Source: Octopus sinensis (Eukaryota). From it: DNA of 64,000 bases. The position numbers and the translations under genes are program-made. Positions within the stretch are counted from its first letter, which is position 1, and every line of letters starts with the position of its first letter. Below are positions 38,596 to 50,490 of the stretch, piece by piece. The stretch spans positions 11,966,001 through 12,030,000 of the forward strand of contig NC_043010.1 in NCBI RefSeq assembly GCF_006345805.1. Direction: 5' to 3'. Below the pieces are notes generated by a model. It saw nothing but the letters and a program-made list of their open reading frames with translations. It was not told where the DNA came from and made no database searches.

Positions 38596-39153
38596 ATGTA
38601 AAGTATACTAGCCATCTCAATATGGCTAACCACTAAGGGTGGGTGTTACTGTAGCTTTTAGCCCCAGGAGATCATCGTCTCCAGCTGGCTTTAGGCACAC
38701 TTTCTGTGCCCTTATGGTATTTGCAAAGGGAGGTCATCCCTCTCTTGTCAACCTAAGTGATACGCATGGACTGCAGTTTCTAGGTATTTGCCTGTCTTCG
38801 GCATACAGCAATCACCAGTTTTCGATGAAGGGAGACCTGTTTGCAAATATTTATTTATTGTTTTTCCAGTAACTTCCGTCACTGATTTCGAAAAACTGTC
38901 TGCAAGCAATAATAAATCTCTGAACGAGATGTAAACAGTAACTGCTCGACAACGTAAAGTATACTAGCCATCTCAATATGGCTAACCACTAAGGGCACAG
39001 AAAGTGTGCCTAAAGCCAGCTGGAGACGATGATCTCCTGGGGCTAAAAGCTACAGTAACACCCACCCTTAGTGGTTAGCCATATTGAGATGGCTAGTATA
39101 CTTTACGTTGTTGAGCAGTTACTGTTTACATCTCGTTCAGAGATTTATTATTG
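38596..39153. mobile_element. Insertion of a 356-bp-period partial tandem plus inverted segment, with 13-bp TSD
   Basis: ctcttataataca at 38583-38595 and 39154-39166; direct repeat at 38598 and 38954; inverted segment 38990-39153. Confidence 0.75.
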
Positions 39154-39164
39154 CTCTTATAATA

Positions 39165-39425
39165 CAGTTCTATATTTAAGAGATGAGGAATTATGAACAT
39201 TATTTACACTATTTACATTTCACGGATATTTGTCCTCATCTTGTTTGTTGTTAACACAACGTTTCGGCTGATATACCCTCCAGCCTTCATCAGATGTCTT
39301 GGGGAAATTTCAAACCTGGGTTCTCATTCATAAGGTATTTTTTGATGTTATTATTGTTACTATTAAGGTCACTGCCTGGAATCGAACTAGGAATCTTGGG
39401 GTTAGTAGCCCACTATGCCATGTGA
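39165..39425 (-). mobile_element. tRNA-headed short element carrying a minimal hammerhead ribozyme (left copy)
   Basis: Minus strand: A box tggcatagtgg, B box gttcgattcc, (AAT)-rich linker, hammerhead at 39254-39297. Confidence 0.75.
39254..39297 (-). ncRNA. Minimal type I hammerhead ribozyme
   Basis: ACAU CUGAUGA A GGCUG-gagggUauau-CAGCC GAAA CG UU GUGU: stem I ACAU/GUGU, 5-bp stem II, palindromic minimal stem III. Confidence 0.8.
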
Positions 39426-39440
39426 ACTAATAATTTGGTA

Positions 39441-39481
39441 CGAGTTTGATTCCAGGTAGTGACCTTAATAATAATAATAAC

Positions 39482-39512
<31 letters not shown>

Positions 39513-40055
39513 TCGAAAAATACCTTAAGAACGAGAACCCAGGATCAAAATTTCCCCAAGACACTGGATAAAAGCTGGAAGGTATATCAGCTGCAACATT
39601 GTGTTAGCAACAAACAAGATGAGGGAAATATCCGTCCAGGAGTGGTTGTGTGGTAAGTAGCTTGCTAACCAACCACATGGTTCCGGGTTCAGTCCCACTG
39701 CATGGCATCTTGGGCAAGTGTCTTCTGCTATAGCCTCGGGCCGACCAAAGCCTTGTGAGTGGATTTGGTAGACGGAAACTGAAAGAAGCCTGTCGTATAT
39801 ATGTATATTTATATATATATATGTGTGTGTGTGTATGTTTGTGTGTCTGTGTTTGTCCCCCTAGCATTGCTTGACAACCGATGCTGGTGTGTTTATGTCC
39901 CCGTTATTTAGCGGTTCGGCCAAAGAGACTGATATAATAAGTACTGGGCTTACAAAAGAATAAGTCCCGGGGTCGAGTTGCTCGATTAAAGGCGGTGCTC
40001 CAGCATGGCCGCAGTCAAATGACTGAAACAAGTAAAAAAAAATGTAAATAATGTT
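39441..40055 (+). mobile_element. Right, inverted copy of the tRNA-hammerhead element, interrupted by SINE A
   Basis: gagtttgattccaggtagtgacc...(aat)n...degenerate hammerhead 39561-39604...atatccgt; resumes after SINE A as aaatgtaaataatgttc. Confidence 0.75.
39637..40040 (+). mobile_element. SINE family A, full length
   Basis: Family A sequence. Confidence 0.92.
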
Positions 40056-40814
40056 CATTTCTCTTATATTACACAAAATATCTCATTTGATATAATATCC
40101 TTAATTGTATTCTATATTCGTTAATTTCATGCTTCTGTAACTATGTCATTATGTACGAAACTTACAACTACTGATATAAGTGTGATAGGAAAAAAGATGA
40201 AATTCCACTGGATCGTCAAAGTGCTGAGAAGTTATGATGTCAGGGTTTCTTTTGGCTCTTTAGCTATCAGTGGCCACCAGTACATTACAAGAGATTGAGC
40301 AAGCAGACAGTTCAAAAACACAGTCGGTCAACCAAGACTCCAGAAAGACCATGCAATTAAACAAAAAAAAAAAAAAAAAAAAGGGGTTTCAATTTTCATT
40401 GTGCAAGTGAACTTAGGAGTTAAAAACAAAAATTGTTGGAAAGGTGTCTAATTCTGAAAAATATGCTTGGGGATCACTCTCCTTGCTCCCCCCAATAGCT
40501 AACATTACTAGTTTCCCCGCTTGAAGCTGACCAGGAGATAAGTTAGTAACAAAAATAACCATCAAAATGAACAAATAATTTTGGTATGAGTTTGTAGTTT
40601 TTCTGACTGCACTGTTTGTTCTTGATGCTGATGTTGTTGTTGTTGTTGTCGTTGTTGTTGTTGTTATTGTTGGTGTTGTTGTTGTTGAGCCCTAGATCAT
40701 CCTTAATCATGCAGATCTCTGATCAAAAGTATTCTAAATGTGACAAACCGTTCTCTTTCCTATGTGCAGAGAACCCAGCACCGCTTTATTGCCCAATCAG
40801 GTACCATAAAGCAG

Positions 40815-41790
40815 TCGTTGCTGTTGTTGTTGTTGCTGTTGTGGTGATGGTGGTGGTGGTGGTTGTTGTTGTTTTTGTTGTGGTTGTTGGTGTTAAGGTT
40901 GCTGTTGTTGTTGTTGCTGTTGCAGTTGTTGTTGTTGCTGTTATTGTCATTGCTGTGGTTGTGGCTGTTGCGGTTATTGTTATGATTGTTGTTGGTTAGG
41001 TTGTTGTTGTTGTTGTGGTGGTGGTGGTGGCGGCGGTGGCTGTTATAGTTGTTGCTGTGGTTTTTGTTGGTGTTGCAGTTGTTGTTTTTGTTGTTGTTGT
41101 GGTTGTTGTTGCAGTTGTTGTTGCTGTTGCGGTTATTGATGTGATTGTTGTTGTTGTTGTTATTGTTGTGGTGGTGGTGATGGTGGCGGTGGAGGCTGTT
41201 ATGGTTGTTGCTGTAGTTGTTGTTGCTGTTGCAGTTGTTGTTTTTGTTGTTGTTGTGGTTGTTGTTGCTGTTGCTGTTGTTGTTTTTGTTGCGGTTATTG
41301 TGGTGATTGTTGTTGTTTAGGTTGTTGTTGTTGTGTTGTTGTGGTGGTGGTGGTGGTGGTGGCTGTTATGGTTGTTGCTGTAGTTGTTGTTGTTGCTGTT
41401 GCAGTTGTTGTTTTTGTTGTTGTTGTGGTTGTTGTTGCTGTTGCTGTTGTTGTTTTTGTTGCGGTTGGTGGTGGTGTTGTTGTTGTTGCTGCTGCTGTGG
41501 TTGTGGCTGTTGCGGTTATTGTTGTTGTTGTTGGTGGTGGTGGTGTTGTTGTCGTCATGGTAGTGGTGGTGGTGGTGGTTGTTGTTGATGTTGCTGTTGT
41601 TCTTTTTGCTGTGGTTGTTGTTGTTGCTGCTGTGGTTGTGGCTGTTGCGGTTATTGTTGTGATTGTTGTTGTTTAGGTTGTTGTTGTTGTTGTGGTTGTT
41701 TTTGTTGCTGCTGCTGCTGTCATTGAGGTTGCGGTTGTTGTTGTTGTTGTTCTTGTTCTGATTGCTGTACTGGTTGTTCTTGTTGTTCTT
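40815..41790. repeat. Degenerate (GTT/GTG/GCT)n field with higher-order repetition
   Basis: Recurring gcggttattg...gattgttgttg.ttagg landmarks near 40970, 41291 and 41648. Confidence 0.9.
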
Positions 41791-42245
41791 GTTTGTTTTG
41801 GCTTTTGTTGCAGGTGAGCTTCTATCGATTGTTGTTATTGCTTATTCCCAGGTGAAACTCACATCCTCCTACATAAACCTCACCATCGCCAAAACATCTT
41901 AACCAACAGACACATCACAGGAATCGGACAGAGTGCGAATCATCAATCCCTTAAAACCTTATTCCATAATACTCTAATAACTTGACCGTCCATTCTGGTT
42001 GAATTATGATAACAGGGATTTAATCCTAAGTAAATAGTCATTAATTTCACCTTAAAGGCCTATGTGTTTCCACTATTCCCATTGTGTTCCAGTCATTTTA
42101 CATGTTAATAATCCATTGATTAACATATATATATATACATATATATATATATCATTTGTAGCAAGCAAAATCAAATTTAAATATAGGATTATATATATAT
42201 ATATATATATACACACACATAGATAGATATATATGTTTATATATG

Positions 42246-42303
<58 letters not shown>

Positions 42304-42519
42304 TATATATATACACACACATACATATATATATATGCATAAATATATGTATATGTATATATTGCATGCATTATTATATCTTAGCATTTACTCAAATATT
42401 CCATTCCACAGACACACAAGTCATTTTCGTCCTATACACCCTGTCAGAAACTTCAAACATATTGAAATATATATAATGACAATATAATCCCTCACTCACT
42501 CTGTGTCTCTCTTTCCCTC

Positions 42520-42564
<45 letters not shown>

Positions 42565-42976
42565 CTCTCTCTGTACCACTGCCTTTGCCTTCTCCTCACG
42601 CTTTCTTTATGCACATGCTATATGCATATAGTGCTGTTGTGTCCGCAAATAAGAGTTTTGAATCTCTGCTACTCTCATAGATATAGTAAAGCTATATCCT
42701 TTATATGGAATATATCTACCCATGATTTTTGTCTATCTAATTATCATTCTGTCTGTTTATGTCACTTTTAACATTCTACTTTTGCACACAAAAAATGCAC
42801 ACACACACACAAACATATATATATATATTCACAACGACCTCGAACCCACAAGTGTAAACAAAGAGACAGAGCAAGGCAGAAACAAGGAAAATGCCGCTTA
42901 TATTTGAACACTATACAAATATTCGTTTAAAAAAACATTTCTTTTAATTTTTCTAAATTTGATTATTTAATCGTTA

Positions 42977-43014
42977 CAGTTGAAAAGGTCTCAAAATGAC
43001 TGAAACCGGTACTG
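42977..43014 (+). ncRNA. Minimal hammerhead candidate, U3-A8 core variant
   Basis: CAG UUGAAAA GGUC-ucaaaau-GACU GAAA CCGG UA CUG. Confidence 0.6.
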
Positions 43015-43208
43015 AAATGTTATTATTTTAGCATTTTCTATTTTGACTTATTTTTTCATATATATCAACTCGTGTGTTCCTTTTCATCCTTATACATATA
43101 TATATATATATATATGCTGTTGTGTCTGGGGAGAGTCATTTTCTTTTTGTGCCTTATAATTTAACACACTCACTAGTGAAATTTCCACTTATTTCATATT
43201 ATTATTTT

Positions 43209-43245
43209 CTAAAATTTTCATTGCGTCTTGAAACCTTTTCAATAG
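43209..43245 (-). ncRNA. Degenerate minimal hammerhead candidate, U3-A8 variant
   Basis: CUA UUGAAAA G GUUUC-aagac-GCAAU GAAA AU UU UAG; stem II imperfect. Confidence 0.4.
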
Positions 43246-43315
43246 TCTTGATTTATATATATATTATATATATACATATATGAGGGGAGAGAGAGAGGTG
43301 TCTGTATGTATGTAA

Positions 43316-43361
<46 letters not shown>

Positions 43362-43389
43362 CACATATATATATACATATATATATGTA

Positions 43390-43421
<32 letters not shown>

Positions 43422-43489
43422 CATACATAATATTTATACCCTCTCTCTCTTTCGGAGAGGCACTGAGCAGCTACACGCACACATACACA

Positions 43490-43645
43490 CACGGCAGTAA
43501 CTTCCGCCTACCGAATTCCATCACAAAGCTGCGATCGGTTTGGGGCTATAGTAGAAGACACCTACCCAAAGTGCCATGCAGTGGGACTGAACCCGGAACC
43601 ATGTAGTTAGGAAGCAAGCTCCCTAACCACACAGCCATGCCCGCA
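43490..43645 (-). mobile_element. SINE family A, 5' half (diverged)
   Basis: gtgccatgcagtgggactgaacccggaaccatg. Confidence 0.8.
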
Positions 43646-43690
43646 TGTATATATGTATGTGTGTGTATATATATACTCACACAGACACAC

Positions 43691-43726
<36 letters not shown>

Positions 43727-45072
43727 GTGTGTGTGTGTATGTGCACATATGTATATGAGTTGCAAGCTAGTTAGGTATCATCTATATCTAGAGATAGTAA
43801 AATAATCAGATCGGTCGCTGTGGAAGCTGATAAAACCGAAATTCCTTACACAGGAAACCTAGATGCAGAACCAGCCAACCACCATCACCACCACCACCAC
43901 CACCAGCCATCACCAGCCAACCACCACCACCGCCACCACCACCATCACCGTCACCACTATTACTACCACTATCACCATCACTACTACCATCACTCTCACT
44001 ACCACCACCACCACCATCATTAACGACCCCCGCCACTCCTTTACCCTTTCCGAGGCCAATGACATGAAAGTGCAAGGGCCATAGATACAAGCAAGGATTG
44101 AAATCTATCTTTTCTCTCTGTAATGTTAATTAAGCTATATTTTCATGATTGGATATTGGTAATTAAATACTAATAAAAGTGTCTTTTGGGAGTGTAAGTT
44201 AAGGTATAACGATAAAAATCATTATTCAGCCGAAATAGTTCTGATAAAATCATTGCCTTAAAGTAACATCAAACAGAGAGAGTAAAGATATCAAAAGTCA
44301 GAGGAATATATCAAATATAGATTTATTTGCAGGGAACAGATCACAAAATTATTTAAGATAAACAACTCTCTGATAGCAATAAAACCAGACTTTGGATCGT
44401 TAATATAACAGATATCACTAAATGCTATACAGCTATTTTTTTTATTTATTTTGTTATTCACATTTTTTTTTTATAGCTTTGAGATATAAAATGTATACTC
44501 TGGTAAGAGAAATAAAAATATATAACTATAAATTCACTTCATTAAAGACTTAGATTTATAAGATTTTACAAGGTATTAGACACAAGGATGAATACAGAAT
44601 GGTGAAGTGTGGTCCGTATTTTGTGTAAAAATATCACTGCCATATTTTAACGACCAAAGGAAGGGCATGAACATCACACAGTCTTATGGTACCCCTTTAA
44701 TAAATCCAAGGTCTTAAGCTTAAAGGGAAATCTGTAATCATATAACACTGATAGATTGTTAATAGACATATATTATTTTTTTCGCTTGTATATGATTGCA
44801 TCTGTTATTTTATCTGATTAACTAACGCCAAGTTGAATGAAAGACAGAGTTTCAATTCTTAGCTTCTGCCAGTTCTTTACCTCGCTTTTACATGGCTAAT
44901 GGCTATGGGAAAGTCATAAATCTCAATCAAACTTGCAATTTGCCTACTTCAGAAATTCAGTTTATATTGCATTTTATCATACATCAAATGCATATATATC
45001 TCTGTGTGTGTGTGTGTGAGTGTGAGTGTTTCTATATATATATATATGTATGTATATATATATATATATGTG

Positions 45073-45155
<83 letters not shown>

Positions 45156-45371
45156 TATCATCATCATCGTTTAACATCCATCTTCCATGCATGCATGGGT
45201 TGAACCTAAATGTGTGTGTGTGTGTATGTGTGTGTCTGTGTCTGTGTGTGTATATGTATATGTATATGTATATATGTGTATGTATATATATATATGTATA
45301 TATACATATATAATGGATATGTAATATATTATACATAATATATATTATATTGTATATATACATATATATAA

Positions 45372-45399
<28 letters not shown>

Positions 45400-45402
<3 letters not shown>

Positions 45403-45901
45403 TGTTATATTCGGAATGGTCATATTGCCAGTTTAGGCCAATAAAAACACACGCACTACTATATTTTGGTGTTATTTTGCTTCAGTGATATTTATTTTTT
45501 TACATTAATCTTAATCTTATTTCGCCAAAGTTCTTTCGTCACACTCCTGTGACCGCATCAGTGGTCCTTTGTTTTTTCTTCTCACTTACTTGTGTCTCTC
45601 CTTACTAACCGTCAGCCATTTTGTATTTCTATTGTATGTCTTCATTTGCGCATGCTTATATCTCTATGTGCGTCTATGTTTATTTAGTGTGTGTGTGGGG
45701 GGGATGCCTGTAATATTTGTATCTCTTCTGGTTATATACATTCTTGTAATTTGTATTTGTTTTTGTTGTTGTTGCTTTTGTTCTAATTTTGTTCATGTGT
45801 TTACATCCACCCTTATTATCATTACATATGCTTGTATGTATGTATAACAACAATATTAGTAATAAATAATAAATCTAATTGAAAAAAAAAATATATATAT
45901 A

Positions 45902-45942
<41 letters not shown>

Positions 45943-47100
45943 TATATATATATATATACATATAAACATATATATACATATATATATATATACATATATA
46001 CACACACACACACACAAATACATACACATATACATATATATAGTTTTCATTCTTCTATTTCTTAATTATCTGTGTATTTTTATGTTTGCAGGATCCACTA
46101 TCGTCATATGTTGTGGTGTGCGCTATTACTCATTCTATCTAGTTTTCTATTCAGGCTAGGTTTATTTTCTATTATATGTGTAGCTTCTGTAATTTGTCTA
46201 ATTGTTTGCTCTGTTCTATGTGTGGACAATATCTTAATCTCTTATGTTATTGATTGTCCCCCGTGTTCTTGTTCAGCGTGTGGTACAGAATCGATGAGCT
46301 TTTACCTTCCTTGAGTTGTCTCCAATGTTCATTCACCCGCTCACCAATGCTTCTTGCTGTTTCCCCTACGTATGTTACTGTCTTGTTACTGCATCGTCCC
46401 TCTATACATCTTATACTATAGACCACATTTCTGGCTTTACAGTTTGTTTGTGGGCTAAATCTACATACAGTGCAATAGTTATCCGTACAGAGAGTTCTAC
46501 TAAAAGGGATAGCTTCTACCAATTATGATCTGATAGGGTTGCCTGGCTTTTCAACAACCTTAATTCTTAGTTTAAGTTTACTAGGGTCCTTCTAAAGCGG
46601 TACGCCCTTTCACCCTCCAGGGGTGGTGTCAACGAACATGACACTCTTGTATTTATGGCTATCATACCAATTTTGGCCTTACCCTATTTTCTTTTTTGTC
46701 CTTTCTATAGTGTCCATGACTTGTTCCTATAGAGTGGGCAAATCCCATTCCTATCATTACATAATATATTATCAAATTTCTTCATGGCTCCTTTGTATAC
46801 TCTGACCCTTTCTTTATTGCTGTAACCTGAGAACTGCATGCGGTGAATGAAATTGTATGTGTCTCTTTAATTCTGTAGGCTCGCACATGCGTGACACATT
46901 TCTCATTATTCTGACGAGGTCCTGCCATCAAATATTGAATTTGGCATTGCCCCGCAATGGCTGAGTTCCGGTGGATCAGGTATTTTGAGGCCATAGGTTT
47001 TGCATAGTATAGAATGAATGATTGGGTTTTATTTTTCACCATTTCTAGCCAGAGTTCAGTGTCTAGTACTGGTAGTCTATGGTTGGGGTGTTTAGTGGGG
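45400..47100 (-). mobile_element. Penelope-like element, inverted 5'-truncated copy
   Basis: Reverse complement of ~48840-50490; ORF 46247-46522 CTDNYCTVC..NCKARNVVYSIRCIEGRC..YVGETARSIGERVNEH (GIY-YIG). Confidence 0.92.
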
Positions 47101-47439
47101 TATTATATCCGTACAGAGAGTTCTACTAAAAGATAGCTTCTACCAATTATAGATCTGATAATCCCATTCCTATCATTACATATATACCATACACAGAAAC
47201 TGAACAATAATTATCACTAGCGATGATAGTAATATGGCAATATTAAAAAAAAAAGGTAATAAAAAAATAAAGGTAAGTGTATTAGTAGTGGTGATGGTAC
47301 AGTAGAAGTAGTAATGAGGATAGTAGTGATAGTGTGTGGTAATAGGATACTAGTAGTATAGTATTGTTCAATGGTGAATAATAATAATAGAAGGCTGATG
47401 TTGGAAACAGTAACGATAATGAAGATAACCCTAGAGAGA

Positions 47440-50400
47440 CCATTGACATGTATACCCATCCCTTTGACACTCAATTCTTCAACGTAGCGACAAAATTACT
47501 GCATGAACCGAATTTATCCACAACATTACCTTCAACAAGAGTATACATCCCAAGACGTACTAATGACCATATGGAAGCACAGTTCATCACTATGCTTCGG
47601 ACCAAACTAGACAGATTTAGGATTATACATTAAGAGACAGGACAGAATAAGACAGATGCCCAACACTAGGGATTAAACCTGCATGTGGCCTACAGAAGCT
47701 CATTCAGCGCACGAGGAACGGAGAGGTGATATCCTTTCCCACGGATAAGTCCGGCAGGATGTCAATAGACAGCTTACCGAACTCATCCATGCAATGCAAC
47801 CTCATATCGCCAATACAAAAGTAACAACTATACAGGCGCATGAGGAGAGAGAAAAGGTCCTCAATGGCCACATGATGATGTGGACATTGTTCTAGGACCT
47901 CAGAAACGTACTGCAAAGAATTTCCAAGCCTGGAACAATGATTATCCTGGCACTGTATGGACTTCGCAAGGACCATAACAGGTTTTACTGACCCTATAGC
48001 AGGACCACCAACAAGACCAGTCTGTGGAGCGAATATCGCTAGCAATTACAGAAAATCTCCTACTTCCTTCCTCTCAATGATCATACGCCCTATAATCAGG
48101 ATGTCACCTGATTGTGTGACAGCACAGAAGATCTCCTAACAGGATCAGTGACTGTAACAAACTTGTGACTTGACAGGATGTATATAGTAGCATGGATGTG
48201 TATCCCTATACCCATCGATTGACGTAGATTTTGCAGTGGAGAAGTGCGTGAGATGATCACGAGAGCCAGGGTGGAGTTCTGTAATGTCGACACAGAAGAA
48301 CTGGGCCTCCTACTTAGACTGACATATAATAGTGAATACTTAGATAAACATATCTTAGTAGTTTCTTTCTGCCCCAGTAGATGTTTTAAGAGGTAGACCG
48401 CCTACAATTACTTCTATGGCTAGAAGACACATATAGAAAGATGCGCGGATGGACCAGAGCCATACGGAGCCCCGCAAATGTCCATCAGGTAAAGAAAATG
48501 AATCGCACATGCACTAGGAGCTAGTAAAGAGTTACCCTAAAAGGCACACATTTAAATTAAATAATAAATATATGCCCAGGACGAGGGGCAAGCCATCGGT
48601 GTTAGTATCGCTGGTGATGTGGCCAACCTCTTCATGGTATGGTGGACAGAAGCTTAAAGAATGCCTACTGCAGAAATCATACTCGTAAACATGTACTCTC
48701 GCTATGTTGATGGTGATACAAATAGTAGTATAAAGTAAGCAACCCCCACAGAAGTAATGTTGATATAGTAATAGAACTATATACTATGGAGAGCATCCAC
48801 AAATAGCTAACTCCATCGACCAGAGTATTAAGGTCACAATAGACTACCCACTAAACACCCAACCATAGACTACCAGTACTAGCACTGAACTCTGGCTAGA
48901 AATTGTGAAAAATAAAACCCAAATCCTTCATTCATACTATGCAAACCTATGGCCTCAAAATACCTGATCCACCGGAACTCAGCCATTGCGGGCAATGCCA
49001 AATTCATATTTTGATGGCAGACCTCGTCAGAATAATGAAATGTGTCACGCATGTGCGAGCCTACAGAATTAAAGAGACACATACAGTATTTCATTCACCG
49101 CATGCAGTTCTCAGGTTACAGCCATAAAGAAAGGGTCAGAGTATAACAAAGGAGCCATGAAGAAATTTGATAATATATTATGTAATGATAGGAGGGATTT
49201 GCCCACTCTATAGGAACAAGTCATGGAACACTATAGAAAGGACAAAAAAGAAAATAGGGAAGGCCAACTCTTGGTATGATAGCCATAAATACCAGAGTGT
49301 CATTTCGTTGACACACCCCTGGAGTGAACTGGCGTACCGCTTTAGAAGGACCCTAGATAAACTTAAACTAAGAATTAAGGTTGTTGAAAAGCCAGGCAAC
49401 CCTATCAGATCTATAATTGGTAGAAGCTATCCTTTTAGTAGAACTCTCTGTACGGATAACTATTGCACTGTATGTAGATTAGCCCACAAACAAACTGTAA
49501 AGCCAGAAATGTGGTCTATAGTATAAGATGTATAGAGGAACGATGCAGTAACAAGACAGTAACATACGTAGGGGAAACAGCAAGAAGCATTGGTGAGCGG
49601 GTGAATGAACATGGAGACAACTCAAGGAAGTAAAAGCTCATCGATTCTGTACCAACACGCTGAACAAGAACCCGGGGGATCAATCAATAACATAGAGATT
49701 AAGATATTGTCCACACATAGAACAGATGCAACAACTAGACAAATTACAGAAGCTACACATATAATAGAAAATAAACCTAGCCTGAATAGAAAACTAGAAT
49801 GGAGTAATAGTGCACACCACAACATATGACGATAGTGGATCCTGCAAACATAATAAATGCACAGATAATTAAAGAAATAGAAATGAATACTATATAATGT
49901 ATATGTGTATGTTGTGTGTGTGTGTATTATATATGTATATATATATATATGTATATATATGTATATATGTATATACATATATATCTATATATATATAGAT
50001 ATATAATATATATATTTTATTTTTTTCATTAGATTTATTATTATTATTACTAAATTTGTTGTTATACATACATACAAGCAATGTAATGATAATAATGGGT
50101 GGATGTAAACACATGAACAAATTAGAACAAAGCAACAACAACAAAAACAAATACAAATTACAAAGAATGTATATAACCCGAAGATCAAATATTACAGGCA
50201 TCATCCCCCCCACCCACACACTAATAAACATAGACGCACATAGAGATAGCATGCGCAAATGAAGACATACATAGAAATACAAAATGGCTGACGGTTAGTA
50301 AGGAGAGACACAAGTAGTGAGAAGAAACAAGGACCACTGATGCGGTCACAGGAGTGTGACGAAAGAACTTTGGCCGAAATAAGATTAAGATGTAAAAAAT

Positions 50401-50490
50401 AAATATCACTGAAGCAAAATAACACCAAATATATAGTGGTGTGTTTTTATTGGCTTAAACTGGCAATATGACCATTCCGAAATAAACAAT
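47440..50490 (+). mobile_element. Penelope-like element (RT + C-terminal GIY-YIG, Naiad-like), frameshifted
   Basis: PTDKSGRM (~47738), LYG.RKDH..GPPTRPVCGA, SMDV..LYPSID (~48190), GQAIGVSIAGDVANLFMVWW (~48590), YSRYVD (~48695), IKVVEKPG, CTDNYCTVC, VVYSIRC..C..YVGET, RQITEATHI...LNRKLEW; stop at 49829, then 3' UTR. Confidence 0.92.
50331..50376 (+). ncRNA. Hammerhead-like motif in the PLE 3' UTR (non-canonical core; mirrored at ~45524-45567 minus)
   Basis: GGACCA CUGAUGCG GUCACA-ggag-UGUGAC GAAA GAAC UU UGGCC. Confidence 0.5.

Noticed and set aside
44100-44900. AT-rich stretch that might be a decayed transposon ORF
   Set aside because: No motif could be reconstructed confidently; needs blastx.
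49440-50490. Selenoprotein-type Naiad (in-frame UGA at Cys positions plus SECIS)
   Set aside because: The Cys codons I could read in the linker and GIY-YIG region are TGT/TGC and I could not identify a SECIS by eye; a SECISearch run on a polished consensus would settle it.
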